This document shows positions 24,545-39,165 of a stretch of 64,000 nt of DNA, one piece after another. The notes under the pieces are model-generated. The model did no database searches. It was not told the DNA's origin and worked only from the letters and a program-made list of their open reading frames with translations. The first letter of the stretch is position 1, and each line of letters begins with the position of its first letter. This DNA comes from Haliotis rubra. Its lineage: Eukaryota. The DNA is taken from positions 372,001 through 436,000 of the forward strand of contig NW_025766955.1 of the NCBI RefSeq assembly GCF_003918875.1, in the 5' to 3' direction. The position numbers and the translations under genes are program-made.

Positions 24545-24988
24545 CTGATGAAAGGAGCAAAATGAAACGAAATGTGAAGACAACGAAGACAATATAACAG
24601 AACAATCATGGCACATCACACGGAAATGAAAGTTACAGAAAAGCAACAAAATTTACAAAGATGATGGAACTGAAATTTAAGAGCTGGATCCCATTCCACA
24701 AAGTAGTCTTAATTCTACCACAGCTGTAGTTCCAACACTGAGAGAGTGCTATGACTGCTTTGTGAATCAGGGCCCTGGTGTTCTTCATATAAAGCACTTA
24801 AGACACAAACCTACAACAGAACATTACTCCTGAACATAACATACATACAGATATACAAAGGTCAGAGCCCTGCATTGCCTATATGGCTATACATAAGCTT
24901 GACAGTCATGAGTTCAAGCCAACTATTAAATTTTATGTGTTACAACAAAAAAAGCAGAAGTGCCCCCTCCACCTACAAAGCACACTCC

Positions 24989-25225
24989 TCGATCTATACA
25001 CAACATCTGCATGTAACACCCTCCACTATCACAGCACACCCCTCAAACTACACAGGTCAAGTTCGATCTATACACGACAACATCTGCATGTAACACCCTC
25101 CACTATCACAGCACACCCCTCAAACTACACAGGACAAGTTCGATCTATACACGACAACATCTGCATGTAACACCCTCCACTATCACAGCACACCCCTCAA
25201 ACTACACAGGACAAGTTCGATCTAT
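24989..25225. repeat. 77-bp tandem repeat x3
   Basis: Period 25063->25140. Confidence 0.85.
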
Positions 25226-25246
25226 GCAGGATGACCTGCTCACCTC

Positions 25247-28200
25247 GATATATACACCATACCTTGATCTATACTTGACATGTCAATACACAGCACCGCT
25301 TGATATACACCATACCTTGATCTATACTTGACATGTCAATACACAGCACTGCTTGATATACACCATACCTTGATCTATACTTGACATGTCAATACACAGC
25401 ATCGCTTGATATACACCATACCTTGATCTATACTTGACATGTCAATACACAGCACTGCTTGATATACACCATACCTTGATCTATACTTGACATGTCAATA
25501 CACAGCACTGCTTGATATACACCATACCTTGATCTATACTTGACATGTCAATACACAGCACTGCTTGATATACACCATACCTTGATCTATACTTGACATG
25601 TCAATACACAGCATCGCTTGATATACACCATACCTTGATCTATACTTGACATGTCAATACACAGCACTGCTTGATATACACCATACCTTGATCTATACTT
25701 GACATGTCAATACACAGCACCGCTTGATATACATCATACCTTGATCTATACTTGACATGTCTATACACAGCATCGCTTGATATACACCATACCTTGATCT
25801 ATACTTACTTGACATGTCAATACACAGCATCGCTTGATATACACCATACCTTGATCTATACTTGACATGTCAATACACAGCATCGCTTGATATACACCAT
25901 ACCTTGATCTATACTTGACATGTCAATACACAGCATCGCTTGATATACACCATACCTTGATCTATACTTGACATGTCAATACACAGCATCGCTTGATATA
26001 CACCATACCTTGATCTATACTTGACATGTCAATACACAGCACGCTTGATATACACCATACCTTGATCTATACCTTGACATGTCTATACACAGCACACAGC
26101 TTGATATACACCATACCTTGATCTATACTTGACATGTCAATACACAGCACTGCTTGATATACATCATACCTTGATCTATACTTGACATGTCAATACACAG
26201 CATCGCTTGATATACACCATACCTTGATCTATACTTGACATGTCAATACACAGCATCGCTTGATATACACCATACCTTGATCTATACTTGACATGTCAAT
26301 ACACAGCATCGCTTGATATACACCATACCTTGATCTATACTTGACATGTCAATACACAGCACCGCTTGATATACACCATACCTTGATCTATACTTGACAT
26401 GTCAATACACAGCACCGCTTGATATACACCATACCTTGATCTATACTTGACATGTCAATACACAGCACCGCTTGATATACATCATACCTTGATCTATACT
26501 TGACATGTCAATACACAGCATCGCTTGATATACACCATACCTTGATCTATACTTGACATGTCAATACACAGCACTGCTTGATATACACCATACCTTGATC
26601 TATACTTGACATGTCAATACACAGCACCGCTTGATATACACCATACCTTGATCTATACTTGACATGTCTATACACAGCACCGCTTGATATACACCATACC
26701 TTGATCTATACTTGACATGTCAATACACAGCACTGCTTGATATACACCATACCTTGATCTATACTTGACATGTCAATACACAGCACTGCTTGATATACAC
26801 CATACCTTGATCTATACTTGACATGTCAATACACAGCATCGCTTGATATACACCATACCTTGATCTATACTTGACATGTCAATACACAGCACTGCTTGAT
26901 ATACACCATACCTTGATCTATACTTGACATGTCTATACACAGCAGCTTGATATACACCATACCTTGATCTATACTTGACATGTCAATACACAGCACGCTT
27001 GATATACACCATACCTTGATCTATACTTGACATGTCAATACACAGCACTGCTTGATATACACCATACCTTGATCTATACTTGACATGTCAATACACAGCA
27101 CCGCTTGATATACACCATACCTTGATCTATACTTGACATGTCTATACACAGCACTGCTTGATATACACCATACCTTGATCTATACTTGACATGTCAATAC
27201 ACAGCATCGCTTGATATACACCATACCTTGATCTATACTTGACATGTCAATACACAGCACAGCTTGATATACACCATACCTTGATCTATACTTGACATGT
27301 CAATACACAGCACGCTTTGATATACACCATACCTTGATCTATACTTGACATGTCAATACACAGCACCGCTTGATATACACCATACCTTGATCTATACTTG
27401 ACATGTCAATACACAGCACCGCTTGATATACACCATACCTTGATCTATACTTGACATGTCAATACACAGCATCGCTTGATATACACCATACCTTGATCTA
27501 TACTTGACATGTCAATACACAGCATCGCTTGATATACACCATACCTTGATCTATACTTGACATGTCAATACACAGCACCGCTTGATATACACCATACCCT
27601 TGATCTATACTTGACATGTCAATACACAGCACTGCTTGATATACACCATACCTTGATCTATACTTGACATGTCTATACACAGCACTGCTTGATATACACC
27701 ATACCTTGATCTATACTTGACATGTCAATACACAGCACCGCTTGATATACACCATACCTTGATCTATACTTGACATGTCTATACACAGCACTGCTTGATA
27801 TACACCATACCTTGATCTATGCTACTTGACATGTCTATACACAGCGCGCTTGATATACACCATACCTTGATCTATACTTGACATGTCAATACACAGCACA
27901 GCTTGATATACACCATACCTTGATCTATACTTGACATGTCAATACACAGCATCGCTTGATATACACCATACCTTGATCTATACTTGACATGTCAATACAC
28001 AGCACTGCTTGATATACACCATACCTTGATCTATACTTGACATGTCAATACACAGCACTGCTTGATATACACCATACCTTGATCTATACTTGACATGTCT
28101 ATACACAGCACTGCTTGATATACACCATACCTTGATCTATGCTTGACATAATCTATACACAGCACCGCTTGATATACACCATACCTTGATCTATACTTGA

Positions 28201-31200
28201 CATGTCAATACACAGCGCATAGCTTGATATACACCATACCTTGATCTATACTTGACATGTCTATGCAGCACAGCGCTGCAGCGATATACACCATACCTTG
28301 ATCTATGCTTGACATGTCTATACACAGCACGCTTGATATACACCATACCTTGATCTATACTTGACATGTCAATACACAGCACTGCTTGATATACACACCA
28401 TACCTTGATCTATACTTGACATGTCATATACACAGCAAGCGCTTGATATACACCATACCTTGATCTATACTTGACATGTCAATACACAGCACGCTTGATA
28501 TACACCATACCTTGATCTATACTTGACATGTCAATACACAGCACTGCTTGATATACACCATACCTTGATCTATACTTGACATGTCTATACACAGCACTGC
28601 TTGATATACACCATACCTTGATCTATACTTGACATGTCAATACACAGCACGCTTGATATACACCATACCTTGATCTATACTTGACATGTCAATACACAGC
28701 ACGCTTGATATACACCATACCTTGATCTATACTTGACATGTCAATACACAGCACCGCTTGATATACACCATACCTTGATCTATACTTGACATGTCAATAC
28801 ACAGCACGCTTGATATACACCATACCTTGATCTATACTTGACATGTCTATACACAGCATCGCTTGATATACACCATACCTTGATCTATACTTGACATGTC
28901 AATACACAGCATCGCTTGATATACACCATACCTTGATCTATACTTGACATGTCTATACACAGCACCGCTTGATATACACCATACCTTGATCTATACTTGA
29001 CATGTCAATACACAGCACTGCTTGATATACACCATACCTTGATCTATACTTGACATGTCAATACACAGCATCGCTTGATATACACCATACCTTGATCTAT
29101 ACTTGACATGTCTATACACAGCACGCGCTTGATATACACCATACCTTGATCTATGCTTGACATGTCAATACACAGCACTGCTTGATATACACCATACCTT
29201 GATCTATACTTGACATGTCAATACACAGCACTGCTTGATATACACCATACCTTGATCTATACTTGACATGTCTATACACAGCACTGCTTGATATACACCA
29301 TACCTTGATCTATACTTGACATGTCAATACACAGCACTGCTTGATATACACCATACCTTGATCTATACTTGACATGTCTATACACAGCACCGCTTGATAT
29401 ACACCATACCTTGATCTATACTTGACATGTCTATACACAGCACTGCTTGATATACACCATACCTTGATCTATACTTGACATGTCAATACACAGCATCGCT
29501 TGATATACACCATACCTTGATCTATACTTGACATGTCAATACACAGCACTGCTTGATATACACCATACCTTGATCTATACTTGACATGTCTATACACAGC
29601 ATCTGCTTGATATACACCATACCTTGATCTATACTTGACATGTCAATACACACAGCACCGCTTGATATACACCATACCTTGATCTATACTTGACATGTCA
29701 ATACACAGCACTGCTTGATATACACCATACCTTGATCTATACTTGACATGTCTATACACAGCACGCTTGATATACACCATACCTTGATCTATACTTGACA
29801 TGTCAATACACAGCACTGCTTGATATACACCATACCTTGATCTATGCTTGACATGTCAATACACAGCAGCGCTTGATATACACCATACCTTGATCTATAC
29901 TTGACATGTCAATACACAGCACCGCTTGATATACACCATACCTTGATCTATACTTGACATGTCAATACACAGCACTCGCTTGATATATACACCATACCTT
30001 GATCTATACTTGACATGTCAATACACAGCATCGCTTGATATACACCATACCTTGATCTATACTTGACTTGACATGTCAATACAATGCACGCGCAGCGATA
30101 TACACCATGCACCTTGATCTATATTGACATGTCAATACACAGCACGCTTGATATATACACCATACCTTGATCTATACTTGACATGTCAATACACAGCACT
30201 GCTTGATATACACCATACCTTGATCTATACTTGACATGTCAATACACAGCACGCTTGATATACACCATACCTTGATCTATACTTGACATGTCAATACACA
30301 GCACCGCTTGATATACACCATACCTTGATCTATACTTGACATGTCAATACACAGCACTGCTTGATATACACCATACCTTGATCTATACTTGACATGTCTA
30401 TACACAGCACTGCTTGATATACACCATACCTTGATCTATACTTGACATGTCAATACACAGCACGCTTGATATACACCATACCTTGATCTATGCTTGACAT
30501 GTCAATACACAGCACGGCTTGATATACACCATACCTTGATCTATACTTGACATGTCTATACACAGCACAGCTTGATATACACCATACCTTGATCTATACT
30601 TGACATGTCAATACACAGCATAAAGCTTGATATACACCATACCTTGATCTATACTTGACATGTCTATTAACTTGATATACACCATACCTTGATCTATACT
30701 TGACATGTCTATACACAGCACCGCTTGATATACACCATACCTTGATCTATACTTGACATGTCTATACACAGCATCGCTTGATATACACCATACCTTGATC
30801 TATACTTGACATGTCTATACACAGCACTGCTTGATATACACCATACCTTGATCTATGCTTGACATGTCTATACACAGCACGCTTGATATACACCATACCT
30901 TGATCTATACTTGACATGTCAATACACAGCATCGCTTGATATACACCATACCTTGATCTATACTTGACATGTCAATACACAGCACGCTTGATATACACCA
31001 TACCTTGATCTATACTTGACATGTCTATACACAGCACAGCTTGATATACACCATACCTTGATCTATACTTGACATGTCAATACACAGCACCGCTTGATAT
31101 ACACCATACCTTGATCTATACTTGACATGTCTATACACAGCACGCTTGATATACACCATACCTTGATCTATACTTGACATGTCAATACACAGCACGCTTG

Positions 31201-34200
31201 ATATACACCATACCTTGATCTATACTTGACATGTCTATACACAGCACTGCTTTGATATACACCATACCTTGATCTATACTTGACATGTCAATACACAGCA
31301 CGCTTTGATATACACCATACCTTGATCTATGCTTGACATGTCAATACACAGCACGCTTGATATACACCATACCTTGATCTATGCTTGACATGTCAATACA
31401 CAGCACTGCTTGATATACACCATACCTTGATCTATACTTGACATGTCAATACACAGCACTGCTTGATATACACCATACCTTGATCTATACTTGACATGTC
31501 AATACACAGCACAGCTTGATATACACCATACCTTGATCTATACTTGACATGTCAATACACAGCACGCTTGATATACACCATACCTTGATCTATACTTGAC
31601 ATGTCAATACACAGCACGCTTGATATACACCATACCTTGATCTATACTTGACATGTCAATACACAGCACGCTTTGATATACACCATACCTTGATCTATAC
31701 TTGACATGTCAATACACAGCACAGCTTGATATACACCATACCTTGATCTATACTTGACATGTCAATACACAGCACGCTTGATATACACCATACCTTGATC
31801 TATACTTGACATGTCAATACACAGCATCGCTTGATATACACCATACCTTGATCTATACTTGACATGTCTATACACAGCACTGCTTGATATACACCATACC
31901 TTGATCTATACTTGACATGTCTATACACAGCATCGCTTGATATACACCATACCTTGATCTATACTTGACATGTCTATACACAGCACGCGCTTGATATACA
32001 CCATACCTTGATCTATACTTGACATGTCTATACACAGCATCGCTTGATATACACCATACCTTGATCTATACTTGACATGTCAATACACAGCACGCTTGAT
32101 ATACACCATACCTTGATCTATACTTGACATGTCTATACACAGCATCGCTTGATATACACCATACCTTGATCTATACTTGACATGTCTATACACAGCACGC
32201 TTGATATACACCATACCTTGATCTATACTTGACATGTCTATACACAGCACGCTTTGATATACACCATACCTTGATCTATACTTGACATGTCAATACACAG
32301 CACTGCTTGATATACACCATACCTTGATCTATACTTGACATGTCAATACACAGCACTGCTTGATATACACCATACCTTGATCTATACTTGACATGTCTAT
32401 ACACAGCACGCTTGATATACACCATACCTTGATCTATACTTGACATGTCTATACACAGCACCGCTTGATATACACCATACCTTGATCTATACTTGACATG
32501 TCAATACACAGCACTGCTTGATATACACCATACCTTGATCTATACTACTTGACATGTCAATACACAGCACCGCTTGATATACACCATACCTTGATCTATA
32601 CTTGACATGTCTATACACAGCACTGCTTGATATACACCATACCTTGATCTATACTTGACATGTCAATACACAGCACTGCTTGATATACACCATACCTTGA
32701 TCTATACTTGACATGTCAATACACAGCATCGCTTGATATACACCATACCTTGATCTATACTTGACATGTCAATACACAGCACTGCTTGATATACACCATA
32801 CCTTGATCTATACTTGACATGTCAATACACAGCACTGCTTGATATACACCATACCTTGATCTATACTTGACATGTCAATACACAGCACTGCTTGATATAC
32901 ACCATACCTTGATCTATACTTGACATGTCAATACACAGCACTGCTTGATATACACCATACCTTGATCTATACTTGACATGTCAATACACAGCACGCTTGA
33001 TATACACCATACCTTGATCTATACTTGACATGTCAATACACAGCACCGCTTGATATACACCATACCTTGATCTATACTTGACATGTCAATACACAGCACT
33101 GCTTGATATACACCATACCTTGATCTATACTTGACATGTCAATACACAGCACTGCTTGATATACACCATACCTTGATCTATACTTGACATGTCAATACAC
33201 AGCACCGCTTGATATACACCATACCTTGATCTATACTTGACATGTCAATACACAGCACGCTTGATATACACCATACCTTGATCTATACTTGACATGTCAA
33301 TACACAGCACCGCTTGATATACACCATACCTTGATCTATACTTGACATGTCAATACACAGCACGCTTGATATACACCATACCTTGATCTATACTTGACAT
33401 GTCAATACACAGCATCGCTTGATATACACCATACCTTGATCTATACTTGACATGTCAATACACAGCATCGCTTTGATATACACCATACCTTGATCTATAC
33501 TTGACATGTCAATACACAGCACGCTTGATATACACCATACCTTGATCTATACTTGACATGTCAATACACAGCACGCTTGATATACACCATACCTTGATCT
33601 ATACTTGACATGTCTATACACAGCATCGCTTGATATACACCATACCTTGATCTATACTTGACATGTCAATACACAGCATCGCTTGATATACACCATACCT
33701 TGATCTATACTTGACATGTCAATACACAGCATCGCTTGATATACACCATACCTTGATCTATACTTGACATGTCAATACACAGCACTGCTTGATATACACC
33801 ATACCTTGATCTATACTTGACATGTCTATACACAGCACTGCTTGATATACACCATACCTTGATCTATACTTGACATGTCTATACACAGCACTGCTTGATA
33901 TACACCATACCTTGATCTATACTTGACATGTCAATACACAGCACTGCTTGATATACACCATACCTTGATCTATACTTGACATGTCAATACACAGCACTGC
34001 TTGATATACACCATACCTTGATCTATACTTGACATGTCAATACACAGCACTGCTTGATATACACCATACCTTGATCTATACTTGACATGTCAATACACAG
34101 CATCGCTTGATATACACCATACCTTGATCTATACTTGACATGTCAATACACAGCACCGCTTGATATACACCATACCTTGATCTATACTTGACATGTCTAT

Positions 34201-34418
34201 ACACAGCATCGCTTGATATACACCACACCTTGATCTATACTTGACATGTCAATACACAGCACTGCTTGATATACACCACACCTTGATCTATACTTGACAT
34301 GTCAATACACAGCACTGCTTGATATACACCATACCTTGATCTATACTTGACATGTCAATACACAGCACCGCTTGATATATACACCATACCTTGATCTATA
34401 CTTGACATGTCAATACAC
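25247..34418. repeat. 9.2-kb 53-bp minisatellite, ~170 copies
   Basis: GCTTGATATACACCATACCTTGATCTATACTTGACATGTCAATACACAGCACT. Confidence 0.97.
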
Positions 34419-34466
34419 AAGACAACACTAACACCCTCCACCAACACAGAATATGTCAAGCTCTGA

Positions 34467-35105
34467 GGCCACCCCTGCTCAAACACAGGACATCCCCACT
34501 CAGGCCACACAGGAAATCCTGTCCAACACAGGCCACCCTGCTCAAACACAGGGCCACTGCTCCCAACACAGGCCACCCCTGCTCCAACACAGGCCAACCC
34601 TGCTCCAACAACACAGGCCACCCCTGCTCCAACACGGGCCACCCCTGCTCCAACACGGGCCATCCCTGCTCCAACACGGGCCACCCTGCTCCAACACGGG
34701 CCACCCCTGCTCCCTGCTCCAACACAGGCCACCCCCTGCTCCAACACGGGCCACCCCTGCCAACAGGCCACCCCTGCTCCAACGCGGGCCACCCCCTGTT
34801 CCAACACGGGCCACCCCTGCTCCAACACGGGCCACCCCTGCTCCAACATGGGCCACCCCTGCTCCAACACGGGCCACCCCTGCTCCAACACGGGCCACCC
34901 CTGCTCCAACAGGACACCCCTGCAACACAGGACACCCCTGCCACACAGGACCCTGCTCCAACACGGGCCTTCCCCAGGACACCCCTGCTCCAACACAGGA
35001 CACCCCTGCTCCAACACAGGACACCCCTGCTCCAACACAGGACACCCCTGCACCAACACGGGCCACCCCTCCACAAACACAGGACACCCCTGCTCCAACA
35101 CAGGA
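34467..35105. repeat. 21-bp GC-rich minisatellite (GGCCACCCCTGCTCCAACACG)
   Basis: Direct reading; a unit length divisible by 3 explains the ORFs on both strands. Confidence 0.92.
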
Positions 35106-35233
35106 CCTGCACCTTTACATTCACCAACACCAGAACACCCTCCACCTATAGACCTGGTACCTTTACATTTACTAACAAGGACACCCTCCACCTTGACAGG
35201 TGTTACCCAGTGATATGCTTGGAAGTGATTTAC

Positions 35234-35417
35234 CTGTGGAACACCAATAACACTGTTCGGACTGATGCTGACGAAAACGTCACTATTCTGACTTAGTTTG
35301 CGATTCTTCTCCGTGGTGTCACTTGTCTGACTGAGAGTGCGATTGTGTGAGGTGTGTGACGTGTGCGAGGAGGTGCTTGATGTGCTCGGCTTACTGCGTC
35401 TCTCCATACTGCTGTAG
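35234..35417 (-). CDS. EPB41L5: Ser/Thr-rich exon YSSMERRSKPST...VIGVPQ
   Basis: gtttcag| and CAG|GTAAAT; 184 nt, phase 2->0. Confidence 0.8.
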
Positions 35418-35552
35418 CTGAAACAGACCATTACAGTGTCAGCAGAACGTGTCTCACAACATGGGAATAGTCAGGAAAGTTTTGGTCTGGCAAGAAGAGT
35501 TGAAGGAGCTTGCTGCCTCAAGAACATAGATAATGTGCCCTGGTGGCTCAGG

Positions 35553-36352
35553 ACCTTGAATACTGGATCTTGGTGCAACACAGACCCTTAATACAGGATC
35601 TTGGTGCAACTACAACCCCTAAAACTGGATCTTGGTGCAACACAGACCCTTAATACTGGATCTTGGTGCAACACAGACCCTTAATACTGGATCTTGGTGC
35701 AACACAGACCCTTAATACTGGATCTTGGTGCAACACAGACCCTTAATACTGGATCTTGGTGCAACACAGACCCTTAATACTGGATCTTGGTGCAACACAG
35801 ACCCTTAATACTGGATCTTGGTGCAACTACAACCCCTAATACTGGATCTTGGTGCAACACAGACCCTTAATACTGGATCTTGGTGCAACACAGACCCTTA
35901 ATACTGGATCTTGGTGCAACACAGACCCTTAATACTGGATCTTGGTGCAACACAGACCCTTAATACTGGATCTTGGTGCAACACAGACCCTTAATACTGG
36001 ATCTTGGTGCAACACAGACCCTTAATACTGGATCTTGGTGCAATACAGACCCTTAATACTGGATCTTGGTGCAACACAGACCCTTAATACTGGATCTTGG
36101 TGCAACACAGACCCTTAATACTTGATCTTGGTGCAACACAGACCCTTAATACTGGATCTTGGTGCAAAACAGACCCTTAATACTGGATCTTGGTGCAACA
36201 CAGACCCTTAATACTGGATCTTGGTGCAACACAGACCCTTAATACTGGATCTTGGTGCAACACAGACCCTTAATGCTGGATCTTGGTGCAATACAGACCC
36301 TTAATACTGGATCTTGGTGCAACACAGACCCTTAATACTGGATCTTGGTGCA
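35553..36352. repeat. 31-bp minisatellite, ~26 copies
   Basis: CTTAATACTGGATCTTGGTGCAACACAGACC. Confidence 0.93.
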
Positions 36353-36526
36353 TCATGGACACCTAAATAGTGGAACTTGGTACATCAATATACTGAATTC
36401 TCAAGGACCTTCAATACAGATCTTGGTGCCTCAAAGACATCTGGATGGTGGTTCTTGGAGCATTATGGACAATGAATACTGGACTGAATACCTCATTTCC
36501 AGAAATTTTAAGTATGGTCACATGAT

Positions 36527-37382
36527 CACTGTACCTAAGGTGATGCTGGTAACGCACGTTACCAGCATCCTAACATGGATGGCAGGTAAGATCGCTTGGC
36601 GATTATTCACCTCGAATTAGCAGTCTTCCACGTGTATACAATCAACATTATCTTTATAGCTATGTTTATTTTTTCCTGATTGTTTTGATCAACTCAGTCT
36701 GGGTTCATTTGATGTCTGACAGGTGACAGACACAGGTGCAAAATATGCAGTCCCTAAAGTTGAGCTGACAGACTATATAGCTTTATATATTCAACCCTAC
36801 CCAATAAATACACGATGTCAAATGTATTTAAAACATCAATATTGCAACGAAATCAGCATGTCAAATGTCCGAATTGAAGAGGGACAGAGAAAAAGGTCTT
36901 AGCGTAATGGACAATGGGCACACACATCCAATCCATTCAAGTTCAATGAAACGCCACAACAACTCTCTGGCGCATAGAAAAAGTCGCTCATACTGTAAAG
37001 GTAGCAGCAGTACACATCTGTGTAAAACATAACAACTGATATTTGTATCTCCTTTGTATTTCAACAAAACTCGACAGTTTCTGTTTACCGACTAAAGCAG
37101 GACAGAATGTGTTACCAGCATCATTCATTGCAAGTTACCGACATCCAGACTTTGAGTTACCGACATCCTCGCACGATTTTATAAATGCTTTTTTCTTGAA
37201 CACGTAGACACTAATAAGCAAATTCAGTGCATTCAATGTATTCCCACCATCAAAGTTTATCAGTGTGCTAAATAATGTTGATTGTATACATGTGGAAGAC
37301 TGCTAATTCAAGGGGAATAATTACCTGCCGCCATGTTGGGATGCTGCTAACGTGCGTTACCAGCATCACCTTAGGTACAGTG
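36527..37382. mobile_element. Non-autonomous CACTG-ended DNA transposon (MITE), ~120-bp TIRs, 2-bp AT TSD
   Basis: CACTGTACCTAAGGTGATGCTGGTAACGCACGTTA at 36527 and its reverse complement ending at 37382; AT flanks both ends; no ORF. Confidence 0.88.
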
Positions 37383-37402
37383 ATGATATAAGACTGACTG
37401 AC

Positions 37403-37525
37403 CCGTTCTGCACAACAGGCATGGTGATGGTGGGTGCAGCTGGCACTATCTTGACCGGCTTGACCAAGTGCACTACATCGTCTGGTGCCACACTGGATGC
37501 ATTGAGAGAAGCATTCAACGATGGA
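37403..37525 (-). CDS. EPB41L5: Exon PSLNASLNASSVAPDDVVHLVKPVKIVPAAPTITMPVVQN (possible cassette)
   Basis: tgtttcag| and GG|GTCAGT; 123 nt, phase 2->2. Confidence 0.7.
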
Positions 37526-37654
37526 CTGAAACAAACCACAATGAAACCATGTACATCTACGCCAACAAAAGATGGCTGCAGTTCTCCTGCCCCCAGTTTG
37601 GGCACCATGATCTACTTTCCACCATCATCAGTCTAGGGCAACTGGAGAAATGCC

Positions 37655-38275
37655 ACCATAGTAAGTCTACGCCTTACTAGAGTTCTAACCTATCGTGAAT
37701 CTAGTCTCCCCTCCTCTTGATTCACCACATCGTAAGTCTACGCCTTACTACAGTTCTAACATATCGTGAATCTAGTCTCCCCTCCTCTAGATTCACCACA
37801 TCATAAGTCTATGCCTTACTAGAGTTCTACCATACTAATATAGTTCTAGCATTTACATCATAAGTCTATGCCTTACTAGAGTTCTAGCATATCGCGAATC
37901 TAGTCTCCTCGTACTGTAGATCTACCACAATGTAAGTCTACGCATAATGTAGTTCTAACATACTGTTAGTCTAAATGTTACTCTAGTTCTAATACATCGT
38001 AAGTCTACCTCCCACTGGAAATCTACCAAACTGCAAGTCTAGTCTAGCCCTCATTGGAGATCTAAAACATCGTAAGTCTATACCTTACTGGAATTCTAAT
38101 GTACGTAAGTCTACCTCTTACTGCAGATCTACCAAACTGCAAATCTAAGTTTGCCCTCACTGGATTCCTAACACATCGTAAGTTTATGCCTTATTGGAGT
38201 TCAACCACATCGTAAGTTTATGCCTTATTTGAGTTCTACCACATCGTAAGTCTATGCCTTAGTGGAGTTCTACCA
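37655..38275. repeat. Degenerate tandem repeat (CATCGTAAGTCTATGCCTTACTAGAGTTCTA core)
   Basis: Recurrent GTAAGTCTA / GTTCTA motifs. Confidence 0.7.
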
Positions 38276-38423
38276 CAACAGCATGAGCATCGATCTGCGC
38301 AATTTGGAACCGATGACATGTGTCAACCAAGTCAGCGAGCCTGACCACCCGATCCCATTAGTTGCCTCTTACAACAAGCATGGGTTACTGAAGATCAATA
38401 TTCTAACCCGGACCTTCACGGGT
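38274..38423 (-). mobile_element. Family 2 retroposon, 5' half
   Basis: Aligns by eye to 57311-57455. Confidence 0.8.
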
Positions 38424-38543
38424 AATCTGATGATTGAGATGTGATACTGCATGATCTGATGATTGAGATGTGATACTGCATGATCTGATGATTGAGATGT
38501 GATACTGCATGATCTGATGATTGAGATGTGATACTGCATGATG
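38424..38543. repeat. 29-bp repeat x4 (also x2 at 57457-57517)
   Basis: ATCTGATGATTGAGATGTGATACTGCATG. Confidence 0.9.
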
Positions 38544-38995
38544 CTGCATCCTAATACACCCTGTCCAGCACTGCATCACCCACAGGTATATAGTAACACA
38601 TCTGAAATACAATTGTCCAAGATGCTGCTATATGTTACACCATGCACACCCTACACATGACAATATAAGGGTTATACACACATCACATACATGCATGCTT
38701 TATGGGAGCAATCATCACACCATGTTGGCCTTAATAACCCATCTAGTGTTCCCCAACACATCAATCTTCTGTGTTAATTCATTAAGCTACAATGGGTAGT
38801 TCTTGTTAACTTGTCCAACCATGCAGGGTGTTTATCTACAAGGGAAGGCAGGCTTTCCTTATACATGTATAACTTGTATTAACATTCCAACAAGTGTTGT
38901 CATCATCAGCAACTGTTTTAACTACTGACAAGTAGGTTCAATTTCATTCATCAAAGAAATATTGAGACAGATTTATACATGTCTCGCACTGTTGG

Positions 38996-39165
38996 CTGAC
39001 TGACTGACTGAGTTTGGTTTTACGCCGCTTTTAGCAACATTCCAGCAACATCACGGCGGGGGACACCAGAAATGGGCTTCACACATTGTACCCATGTGGG
39101 GATTCGAACTCGGGTCTTCGGCATGACGAGACAACGCTTTAACCATTAGGCTACCCCACCGCCCC
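38996..39165 (-). mobile_element. Short tRNA-derived SINE (family 1) with 14-bp TSD
   Basis: Near-identical to 18642-18809; TSD TCTCGCACTGTTGG at 38982-38995 and 39166-39179. Fragments also near 42480, 55960 and 56095. Confidence 0.9.

Noticed and set aside
25275-25286. p53 response-element array from GACATGTC palindromes
   Set aside because: Only isolated imperfect half-sites 53 bp apart; no paired RRRCWWGYYY decamers.
25247-34418. CRISPR-like array (also considered for 5650-8092 and 20075-22396)
   Set aside because: Units are contiguous with only 1-4 variable bases; there are no unique spacers and no cas genes, and the context is a eukaryotic intron.
34355-35213. Long ORFs on both strands (WPVLEQG / PAPTRAT repeats)
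   Set aside because: They arise from a 21-bp minisatellite. The real exon ends at CAG|GTAAAT (35234), in phase with the next exon.
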